From Methanomassiliicoccales archaeon (GTDB taxonomy: Archaea; Thermoplasmatota; Thermoplasmata; Methanomassiliicoccales; UBA472), in NCBI GenBank assembly GCA_038740345.1, contig JAVYMA010000004.1:21978-85977 (forward strand): a stretch of 64,000 nt of DNA. Direction: 5' to 3'. The notes under the pieces are model-generated. The model had not been told where the DNA came from. It saw only the letters and a list, made by a program, of their open reading frames with translations, and did not search any database. Positions within the stretch are counted from its first letter, which is position 1. Every line of letters begins with the position of its first letter. This document shows positions 37,104 through 47,100 of this stretch, in pieces. Both the position numbers and the translations under genes were made by a program.

Positions 37104-39047
37104 TCAGAGCTCGAAGGCGGTATCGCCGAAGCTGAGGGCCGGACAGGGTTCCATGCAAAGGCCGCAGTGGACGCACTTATCAGCGTCCAAGCGGACCCTG
37201 TCTCGGTCCATTTCGAGTGCACCCTCACGGCATCGTGCGATGCACACCCCACAGCCGACGCACTCCTCGGCCTTAACCACGGCCCGGCGCACCCTTTCCA
37301 CGTTTTTTCTTATCTGATCAGGGGAAGGTCCCTTCGCTACCATTGCCCCCTCCTCGAATATGCGTACATCCAATACTTTACACCAACCCTCTTCCAGCTC
37401 GACCTCCACTGGGCCCAGTTGATTGAGCATCTGAGACACCCTTTTCAGGTTCAAGGGTCGGTTGAAGGCCCCTTCCACACTGTATCCAGCTATGCAAGGG
37501 GACATGCCTTCTTGCATATACAGGCGCAGCGGCTCTTCCCTCTTCGAAGGGGCTTTACAAGGGCGGCTCAAATCAATCCCTTGACCCTCAAGCTCCTTGC
37601 GCATGGAATCCGGTAGGCGTCGCCAGCGCCACAAAGCGAAGTCAAGCCAAGACTCTGGCCAGCCCTCTTCCTCGGCCCTTTTCTTCAGGTACTCCTTCCA
37701 CTCCTTCGCCCTGGGGGAACGCTCCATGATGATCTCCAGCTCTGCCAGGTCGGAGGCGGGGCAGAGGTAGCATCCAATACGATCCAGGCCCCAATCGTAC
37801 CAGGGATTGTACGCCTCGCCCTTGGAGAAGAGATAGAGCCAGACGTGCAAAGCGGTCCAATTCTGTATGGGAGAGGCGCCTATCTGCCCTGGAGTCCAAG
37901 GGTTCTTCCAAATCCTAGGCTTGTCGGCCCTACTCTCGCTCTCATACCTTCTCTGACCGATGAAGGAGAGCACTCCGGCCGGATAGTGCTTCATGATCGC
38001 TCTAACCGTGGGGCCGAGCTTGTTGGTCTTGCAGCACCAACGGAAGTCCCGGCCGGGAGGGCCGAAATACCCTAGGTTGCCGAAGAACGCATTGTGAGGG
38101 GCAGATTCTATTATTAGGGGTAATTCATGCCTTCTCGCCACCTCTTGCACATGCTCTACCGTCTCCGGGAACTCCAATCCCGTATCAACGAAGAATACCG
38201 GGAGGCGGAGACCTGCGTCAAGGGTGAGAAGAAGGCAGGCCAAGCTGTCCTTGCCGCCGGAGAATGAGACCATTGCTGGCAGGTCGAATCTTGCCTTGGT
38301 TTCGAGGATGAAGCTCACCGCTTCCTCAACCCTCTTTCGCAGAACGGGAGAGTTGGCCGCCACGGCGTCCTTCCATTCCCTGTGAACGGAAGGTGGCAAA
38401 TCCTCCCGTGGAGGCGAATGCCAGCGCATCTTCACCGCCATGCCCTTGTCCAGCTCGCGCATCTCTTGCGCGGACATGCGAGCGATGCCGGTACCTATGG
38501 CCCTCTTCTCCGAGGTAAGCACTATGACCTCATCGCCCTTTCTCACGGAATCATGCGCTTCCTTCACCCCAGGCACGAGAAGATTCATGCCTTGGAGGAT
38601 GAAGGGCACGGCCTCCTCAGAAACGATCACGAAGCCCTTGGTGAGGGATGACTGCATGGCTCTGGCCGCATGCATCCTGGCTACGAAGGTCCAGCCCCGG
38701 CCCAGGTCATAGCGCAGGGCGCCTGCCACCTCGCCGTCCACGATGACCTCGTCCATGCGGTCCAAGGCAGGTGTCTTGTTCAACAGCACCAGCTTGCCCT
38801 CCGGCAGCAGCGCCTCCCCGCATCCTTTTCCGAATTGCCTATCCAGGATCTCCCGAGCCAGCTTGAGGTCATGCCGGAAGGCGGGCCTGGCATCCCCTGG
38901 AGGTGTGATCTGTACCGCATGGGTAGGATGGCCACAGAGGCCGCAGCTTTCCAGCTCCAACAGCGGGAGGTTGCAGCCAGGGCACCAGCGGAGGTGCAGC
39001 TTCCCTAGCCTCACCAAGCTCATGGTCCATGCGAGTGCGCTCCTCAA
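37104..39047 (-). CDS. Zn-ribbon / PUA / PAPS-reductase-like (PP-loop) / 2x[4Fe-4S] ferredoxin fusion protein
   Basis: 647 aa. N-terminal CPGCN...CGLCG. PUA-like GFVIVSEEAVPFILQGMNLLVPGVKEAHDSVRKGDEVIVL...IGTGIARMSAQEM. PP-loop VSFSGGKDSLACL with FVDTGLEFPET. C-terminal CVGCGVCIARC and CVHCGLCMEPCP. Confidence 0.75.
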   Translation of the reverse strand: MRSALAWTMSLVRLGKLHLRWCPGCNLPLLELESCGLCGHPTHAVQITPPGDARPAFRHDLKLAREILDRQFGKGCGEALLPEGKLVLLNKTPALDRMDEVIVDGEVAGALRYDLGRGWTFVARMHAARAMQSSLTKGFVIVSEEAVPFILQGMNLLVPGVKEAHDSVRKGDEVIVLTSEKRAIGTGIARMSAQEMRELDKGMAVKMRWHSPPREDLPPSVHREWKDAVAANSPVLRKRVEEAVSFILETKARFDLPAMVSFSGGKDSLACLLLTLDAGLRLPVFFVDTGLEFPETVEHVQEVARRHELPLIIESAPHNAFFGNLGYFGPPGRDFRWCCKTNKLGPTVRAIMKHYPAGVLSFIGQRRYESESRADKPRIWKNPWTPGQIGASPIQNWTALHVWLYLFSKGEAYNPWYDWGLDRIGCYLCPASDLAELEIIMERSPRAKEWKEYLKKRAEEEGWPESWLDFALWRWRRLPDSMRKELEGQGIDLSRPCKAPSKREEPLRLYMQEGMSPCIAGYSVEGAFNRPLNLKRVSQMLNQLGPVEVELEEGWCKVLDVRIFEEGAMVAKGPSPDQIRKNVERVRRAVVKAEECVGCGVCIARCREGALEMDRDRVRLDADKCVHCGLCMEPCPALSFGDTAFEL

Positions 39048-39155
39048 GATAAAACCTATGCTTCAAAGGTCGAAGGAAATGATGACCAAAAGCGGCGCAT
39101 CCGAGTCCAAACTAAATATATGTGGATGGGGATAGGGGCCGTGAGTCCGATTGAC

Positions 39156-40346
39156 ATGCGCGCCACCAAGCGAGCCATGAACATCGATTATGCCATTAGG
39201 GAAGTGACCGTTCCTGCGAGGGAGCTGGAGAAGAGCGGCGTCAAGGTGGTAAAGCTGAACATCGGGGATCCCAACAAATGGGACTTCGAGACGCCGCCTC
39301 ATGTGCGCCAAGCGCTGTGCCGCGCGGTGGAAGCGTGCGACAATGGATACACGGCGGAAGAGGGCCTCCCCGCCCTGAGGGAGGCCTTGGCAGAGAAAGA
39401 GCGCCGCAAGAACCAGATAGACATTGAGGCGGACGACATCTACATCACCAACGGTGTCTCCGAGAGCATACTCAACATATTGGCGGCCTCCATAGAGCCA
39501 GGTGACGAGGTCTTAGTGCCTGGCCCTTCCTATCCTTCTTACATCGAGTACATCAAATACTTCGGTGGCGTGCCGGTGGCGTACCGCACCGATGAGTCGC
39601 AGGATTGGCAGCCCGATCTGGACGACATCAGGGCTAAGGTCGGGGCCAGGACCAAGGCCCTGGTGGTGATCAATCCCAATAATCCTACGGGTGCGCTCTA
39701 TTCGCGCCAGGTGCTGAAGGAGATCACGGACATTGTGGCCGAGCATGACATGTTCCTCATGTCCGACGAGATCTACGACCTCATGACCTTCGACGGAGAG
39801 CACTATTCGCCCGCCTCGCTGGCTCCCGATGTGCCCGTGGTCCTCTTCAACGGCTTCTCCAAGGTGGATCTGCTCCCAGGATGGCGATTGGGATATGCTG
39901 CGTTCAGGGATCCCAGGGGCGAGCTGGCGGAGATAAGGGAGGGGTTCGTGAAGCAGCTGCGCCTACGCCTCTGCGCCAACCATCCCTGCCAATTGGCGGT
40001 GATTGAGGCTCTGCAAGGTCCGCAGGATCACCTGGAGGTCACCAGGCGTAAGCTGCGCGAGCGAGGAGAGTATGCCTGGAAGCGGCTGAACGAGATAGAG
40101 GGCATTTCCACCACCAGACCGAAGGGGGCCTTCTACATCTTCCCCAAGGTCACATCCAAGCGCTGGCGCTCCGACAAGGAATTCGTGCTGGACGTGCTGT
40201 ATAACACTCACGTGCTCTTCGTCCACGGCTCGGGCTTCGATCCCACCTATGGAGCGGGGCACTTCCGCTCTGTATTCCTGCCCCCCATCGATATCCTAGA
40301 AGATGCCTTCGACCGTTTGGAGGGCTTCATGCGAGGCAAGGGCTGA
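39156..40346 (+). CDS. Class-I/II PLP aminotransferase, alanine-aminotransferase-like
   Basis: MRATKRAMNIDYAIREVTVPARELEKSGVKVVKLNIGDP resembles, from memory, the N-terminus of Pyrococcus alanine aminotransferase. It has the FSKV (PLP Lys) motif. The track start at 39120 is probably too early. Confidence 0.85.
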   Translation: MRATKRAMNIDYAIREVTVPARELEKSGVKVVKLNIGDPNKWDFETPPHVRQALCRAVEACDNGYTAEEGLPALREALAEKERRKNQIDIEADDIYITNGVSESILNILAASIEPGDEVLVPGPSYPSYIEYIKYFGGVPVAYRTDESQDWQPDLDDIRAKVGARTKALVVINPNNPTGALYSRQVLKEITDIVAEHDMFLMSDEIYDLMTFDGEHYSPASLAPDVPVVLFNGFSKVDLLPGWRLGYAAFRDPRGELAEIREGFVKQLRLRLCANHPCQLAVIEALQGPQDHLEVTRRKLRERGEYAWKRLNEIEGISTTRPKGAFYIFPKVTSKRWRSDKEFVLDVLYNTHVLFVHGSGFDPTYGAGHFRSVFLPPIDILEDAFDRLEGFMRGKG

Positions 40347-40703
40347 ATCTATCTTAATTTAAGGGGAAAAGGCCTTTCGCCCCCCTCAAAATATTTTTAT
40401 CAGAGTCCCGTCTCTATTAATATTTAGGCTCTTAAAAGGGGGGAGTAGGGACGCGCCTGCAGAGTCCCGAGACGATAAAGTTGGCGGGGGCGATGGAGCT
40501 GTCGCGCAGAGAGCGCATGCTCCTCTGGTCAACCTATGCCTGGCTGATCTTCCAGAATGCCGCGCTGGTGGCCTTCCTCAAATTCCTGGAGCATAAGGAT
40601 AAGGCCTGGTTCGAGGTCTCCTCGTCCATGATGGCGGCGGTGGTGTATCGCATCTCCTTATTCTTCTGCGGGCTCGGATGATGCTGCTATAGCCTCATTC
40701 CCT

Positions 40704-41114
40704 TCATTCCAAGCGCTTTAGCATCTTGACGCAGGCCTCCACCGCGTTCTTGGCGTTCTCCACCCTTTCCTGCGCTTGCAGCCTGGTCATTCCCGGCCCT
40801 GACACGCCCAGCGCCACCGGCTTGCCGAACTCCACGGACAGGTCGGCCATCTTCCTGGCGGCATTTTGCATGACGATCTGATCATGATCCGTCTCGCCTT
40901 CGATTACGCAGCCCAAGGTGACCACTCCGTCAATGCCTTTGTCTTGCAGCAACCGCTTGACGGCCAAGGGCATGTCGAACACACCTGGCACATGGATGAT
41001 CTTGGCCACCTCCGCCTCCAGGAACTCGGCGTGCGCCTTGGCCCGCTCCAGCATCATGGAGGTTATGTCGTAGTTGAATTCCGATACCACAAATCCCAGC
41101 TTGTATCTCCTCAT
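40704..41114 (-). CDS. ribH: 6,7-dimethyl-8-ribityllumazine synthase
   Basis: 136 aa. [20 protein letters not shown] and [13 protein letters not shown] motifs. Confidence 0.9.
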   Translation of the reverse strand: MRRYKLGFVVSEFNYDITSMMLERAKAHAEFLEAEVAKIIHVPGVFDMPLAVKRLLQDKGIDGVVTLGCVIEGETDHDQIVMQNAARKMADLSVEFGKPVALGVSGPGMTRLQAQERVENAKNAVEACVKMLKRLE

Positions 41115-41118
41115 CTTC

Positions 41119-42034
<916 letters not shown>

Positions 42035-42038
<4 letters not shown>

Positions 42039-42736
42039 CTCCCCCCACGCTTCCAGGCCTCTATGATTTCTTTGCCTTCCAGAAAGCATAGGTGGAATCG
42101 CTCGGCATACTCTTGAGCCTTCTCCTTGCTCAAGGCGTTCCCGTCATCGCCCATCATCTCGCAGATAGTGGCCGTGGGGGTGAGGCCGGCCAGGGTGACG
42201 AGCGCTGTACAGAGTTCTGTATGTCCCTTGCGCTTGACCAGCAGCTCTTTGCTAGCGTTCAGCAGATGTACGTGGCCAGGGGAGCGGAAGTTCCTTCCGA
42301 ACTCCTCCCTAGCTTCCTCCTGGCCATTCTCCAGCGCGTACTTGGCCAAGCGAGCGAACTCGGAGGTGGTGAGGGCGCGATCCCTATCAGTGATGCCAGT
42401 GAAGGTCCTGCGGTGGTTGATGGTTATGGAGAAGGCGGATTTGGTATCATAGGGGATATCGTTAGGCGCCAGCCTTCTCAGCATAGGGTAATTGTCATAG
42501 TTGCAGGCCAGGACATCGGCCAGGAAAGGGAGCTGCAGCTTTTGCGAGATCTCGTAGGAGGAGGTGGTGCATATCAACCCTCCCGCGTCCTTTCGCATGG
42601 TACGAATGGCCTCGGGAGTGACGAACTCTGAGGCCATGACCATGTCCGTCTCCCTCTCGCGGTCGTCGAAGTCATAGACGAGCACGAAGCGCCCCTTTCT
42701 CAGGCATTCGATAGCCCTTTCCACTGCCTCCGACAT
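42035..42736 (-). CDS. ribB: 3,4-dihydroxy-2-butanone-4-phosphate synthase
   Basis: From ATG 42736: MSEAVERAIECLRKGRFVLVYDFDDRERETDMV...GHTELC. The longer track ORF (to 42919) adds a non-homologous leader. Confidence 0.9.
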
Positions 42737-42854
42737 ATCGCCACTCCGCCTCGCATCCAAAGAAATGATATTAATCGCTTTGTAGCTACTAATCCATTGG
42801 TAGTTTAATTTCACGGCCTCTTGAGTCAAGAACTCCGTCTTCAGCAGCGTGCTC

Positions 42855-43775
42855 TCACATCGAGGCCTGGGCGGCATGGTTTGCGTAACAATATACGCAA
42901 CCGTTCCCGCATGTCCCATATCCGCCTATGTCCTTGCTGAGGAGACAGCCGCATTCCTTCCTCTGGCCCGGATCCTTGCATCCCCAGCTGGCGATGAACT
43001 GGTGAAGCACAGTATCGTGAGGCGCGATCCTTTTCAACCGCTCCCCCTCGACGCAGGCCGCTTTTTCAATGCCGAAGCGTTTCAAGTCCACCTCCTCGGC
43101 ACAGGCTTGTAATCTAAGTTCCCATCTCTCATTGAGGGCCGAGATGCCTTGCGCCAGCTCTATTATCTCATCTTCACTTGGCTCTCTTATTCCTCTTTTC
43201 TCCAGCTTTCTCCTCAGTCTTCTGTATCTCTGGATATCGATGAAGCTGATGGTGAGCGTATCCGTATGATGATGCAGCATTTCTCCCACCTTCGCCACCC
43301 TTTGCAGCAAAGAATCCGCATCCAGCTCCTCGCTGAGCAGGAGAGGGTCGAAGCGCCACAGGACCCTCTCCTTGCCTATCCTCTCCGAGAGCTCTTTGAA
43401 GGTGCGGGCCCTTTGCTTCAAGGGCGGCATCCTCGGCTCATAGCCTAGGCCTTCGTAGTCGTTCACCGTGTACTGGAAATAATAGGATATGCCCATCTCA
43501 TCCAGTTCTTGCAAATGCTGGAGCAGGGGGGAGGCGTCCTTGGTCCAGAACACGATCGCTCGGACCTTGCTGAAAGAGATATAATCCGTCTTGCCGTTGA
43601 AGGGGTTGCGCCACTCCACGTATCCTCTCCTCAACCTCTCCATGAACCAATCCGAATGGCAAGAGGGTATGTCCATAGCGCGGCTGGCTGAGATGATGAG
43701 CGGGGCTATCGCTTCCACTTGCCGGCCATATTCGTCGCTCAACTTTTCCCTGCTCCATCGGTAGCCTCTTGCCAT
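42855..43775 (-). CDS. DUF1848-family protein (C-terminal Cys cluster; function unknown)
   Basis: 306 aa. ISASRAMDIPSCHSDWFMERLRRGYVEWRNPFN and the C-terminal CGCLLSKDIGGYGTCGNGCVYCYANH match my recollection of DUF1848. Confidence 0.7.
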   Translation of the reverse strand: MARGYRWSREKLSDEYGRQVEAIAPLIISASRAMDIPSCHSDWFMERLRRGYVEWRNPFNGKTDYISFSKVRAIVFWTKDASPLLQHLQELDEMGISYYFQYTVNDYEGLGYEPRMPPLKQRARTFKELSERIGKERVLWRFDPLLLSEELDADSLLQRVAKVGEMLHHHTDTLTISFIDIQRYRRLRRKLEKRGIREPSEDEIIELAQGISALNERWELRLQACAEEVDLKRFGIEKAACVEGERLKRIAPHDTVLHQFIASWGCKDPGQRKECGCLLSKDIGGYGTCGNGCVYCYANHAAQASM

Positions 43776-44131
43776 ATCCTCATCACGCTACCCTTGTGCC
43801 TTGTGACTGAAATCATTCGAGGCCTATCTCGATTATGACCAGAGATTCTATTCCTTATTCTTCTTTATTAAGTTACGAGCCATCATGAATCCGGTGTGTA
43901 ACCAGCAAACCCGGCATCGGCCAAAATACATTTTGATGGTAGTTGCCTCAGCGCAAATACGATCTTGAGGGCTCGAATCGAAGCGTCTCCCATCGCATTC
44001 TTCGGCATGTGGCAAAGTGTCTTTGTCATAATCGCTGCCTCCCCGCTAATCCTAGGGATAGGCGCTCCTGGACACGAGATCATAGCGATGCCGCGAGAAC
44101 CTCCCTGCCTTGGCTAAGGCGCTCATAAAAA

Positions 44132-47100
44132 ATGGAGGCCAGACAAATAAATATGGCTTTCATCGTGGGGGTATCCATGGGCGAGGAGCGCGTCCGCGTC
44201 GACGTCAACCAGATAGGGGAATACATACAGAGGGGGGCCTGTCCCAGGCGCTTCAAGCTCGACCTCAATTCTCGCGAGGAGGCGATGAAGCTCCCCTTCT
44301 TCGCCAGGACGCTCAACCCCTTGGACCCAGTATTGCAGAGGATGGGGAGGGAGCTGGAGGAGAGATGGGAGCGCTCCCTCCTCGAGGCAGGGATGATTAG
44401 GATCAACGATCTGGGCCATGCCCCTCTAAAAGACCAGATCTCTTGGGAGGAGTTCGTTGAGCTGGTGGAGCAGCATTGCCAAGAGGGAGGGCAGCAGTTC
44501 GGGAGGGAGGTGGCCATCACCTGCCAGAAGGGACGCTTCGAAGTACATGGGAGAATGGACTTCGTGATAGTGCTGTGGAGAGATGGACGACCGTACCTAC
44601 GTATCGTGGAGTGCAAGGCCAGCAGGAAGGACAAGACCTATCATCGCCTGCAGCTGGCGCTCTACCTGCTCATGGTGCGCTCCCTCCTGGAGAGGCGCCC
44701 CCTCCTTGTGGCAGGCAAGGAATTGACTTGCGATAGCGTAGAGGGCGTGGTGGCTAGGATGAGAGAGGCGGGAGGAGGGGTGGTGGAGGACAGGATAATG
44801 GACCTGGAGCCTTTGGACCTCTCCACAGAGATGGAGGATGCGCGCCGCCTTCTCAGCGACGGAGGCATTTTAGAACACATATCAAGCAGCGAGCTGGAAG
44901 AGCTCAGCTATCAGATCAATGCCAAGTGCGATAGCTGCGTGTTCAACGTCTGCTGCCTGCCGGAGAGCGCCAGGAGGAGGTCCATAGAGCTTCTAGGCCT
45001 GGACGTGTCCGTGACGAGCACCTTAAGGGAGAAAGGCATCCGGACCTTGGACGAGCTGGCAGCGCTGAAAGTGGACTCCCCCTTGGCCCATGAGATGCGC
45101 AGGACCCCGGGGTTCTCGCAAAACCTGGAGAACCTCATAGCTCGTGCCAGGGCCCGCCTCTCCACCCTTCCAGGCTCCAAAGAGAGAGCCTTCCAAGTGC
45201 AGAAGTTCCCTCATGCCTCGGAAGGTCAGCTCCCCCCTCATGACATAGAAGGGCGAAGGCTGGTCCGGGTTTACGTGGCCGTGGAATACGACTATATCGA
45301 GGACAGGATAGTGGCCTTGGCTGCACATGTGACCTCCAGCTGCTGGAACATATGCACACCCTTCCGCAGGAGAGCTGATGGCGGATGGGCTCCGCATCCT
45401 AAGGCCATGGAATCACCTCCTCGCACGCAGCAGTCAATGGGAGGGCAGGAGGAGAGGGAGGTTCAGGGTGAGGATGTCATCCGTCTGAAAGAGAAGCCCT
45501 GGTCAGGCAAAAGGGAGGAGGACGAAAGGGCGGAGCGGGAGCTGATGGAGCGCTTCCTCAGCGAGCTTATGATCTCCATATCAAGGGTGGCCGAAACGGA
45601 CAAGGCACCCGTCCATTTTTACTTCTGGTCCCGCTCGGACTTCGATGCCCTCCTAGGTGGATGCGCTCGATGCGGCTCGGACTTGCTCGATTCCCTCACG
45701 CATCTTCTCGGCTGCCGGGAACCGCTAGAGCAGCTGATATATTCATGCTTGGAGGAAGAGGTCCATTCCCGATACGGCACGGGATGGACCGGGAGAGGGC
45801 TGGTGGTGGCCACCTCGGTCAAGTGGTTCGGGCAGGCATATCATTGGACCAGGGAGGTGGAGGGTCGCAGGATCCGGTTGGACGACCTCTTCCGCCAGGA
45901 CCTGTTCGATTTCCGCGGCAGGCTGCGCGTCAGGCCTGATGGCGAATGGGCCAGGGAGGGCGAGCCCTTCGAGGAGCCAGAGTTCGAGATCCGCTCCCGC
46001 TTCCATGACGGTTTGCCAATCCCATATTGGCACGCAGTGTGGGGAACCTTGCCGCCAATAGGACCGGAAATGCGCCGGAATCATAGGGAGGCTCTAGAGG
46101 GCTATTCCCGTGTAAACTCCCCCAAGCTGATCCAAGAATACCTGAGGGCCAGGGTCCACGCCATGCGCTGGCTGGAGGAGAGGATAATTCCCAAGAACAG
46201 GAAGCTGAGGAAGGCCTTTTTGGATTTGAGGAACCTTTCCCGCTTCCGATTGGCAGAGCCTAATAGCATACGCGCCGCCGTGGACTTCCTGCGCCTCGAC
46301 CATCACGTGAGATTGAGCGATTGGCTGGTAAGATGCATGCAGCCAGTGCGAGACAGGGTGGCGAAGGGGGAGACGGTCCCGATAGCCAAAGGCACGATCA
46401 TGGAGGACGGCTCGGACGTCTACATCGAGGCCAAGCTCGACCTGGAGAGGTTCGGCGAGGATGGCGAGGGGTTCTGGGAGAAAAGCTTGATAGAGCAAGA
46501 GTCCTGGGTGCGCCTGACTATATACGATGGTGATGCTTCGAAGGGGCAGTCGCCGCACCAGCTTTTCTCTGAAGGATGCACCTGTAAGGTACAGGGAGTG
46601 GATGCGCGAGAGGGGAAGATCTTCCTCAAGGCCATGCGCTTCGAGCCTGACAGATATCGCCTCTTTAGCAAGATCCCTCGGGATGGTTTCGAGTTCGCTG
46701 TGCTGGACGAGAGCATCTCCGACATGGTGGCCACCAGGGTGGAGGGAAGGTTGTTGAACGAGGCATCCTCTTCTCCTTCTGTCGCGCTGTCATGGTTCGA
46801 TATCCTCAGGCCGTCCGTCCCCCCTCTCCCTTGTCCTCCAGAGGAGGAACTGGAAAAGGATAGAAGAGTGCTTGAGGGCATGATTTTCGAGGGCAAGAGA
46901 TTGGGGAAGGACCAGATAGAGGCCATTATGGAAGGTTTGGTCACGCGTGTGCACTTGCTGCTGGGCCCGCCAGGCACGGGCAAGACCACCACTTTGGCCG
47001 CCGCTACCCTGCTGAGGGCCTCGAAGCTGCCGCCAGGAGAGGTGCTGGCCTTCGCGGCCAGCACGCATGCGGCAGTCGACAGGTTGATGGAGGAGCTGAA

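Noticed and set aside
40401-40469. 10-bp direct repeat CAGAGTCCCG (40401-40410 and 40460-40469) downstream of the aminotransferase, near a 10-bp AAAGGCCTTT palindrome
   Set aside because: It is short, occurs only twice, and is within chance expectation for a 64-kb window. There is no array structure.
40481-40681. 66-aa ORF with two hydrophobic segments
   Set aside because: It has a TTG start, no homology I can recognise and no clear promoter. The support is insufficient to call a gene.
42737-42919. N-terminal extension of the ribB ORF
   Set aside because: The DHBP synthase homology starts at the ATG at 42736. The extension would also overlap the 3' end of the DUF1848 gene.
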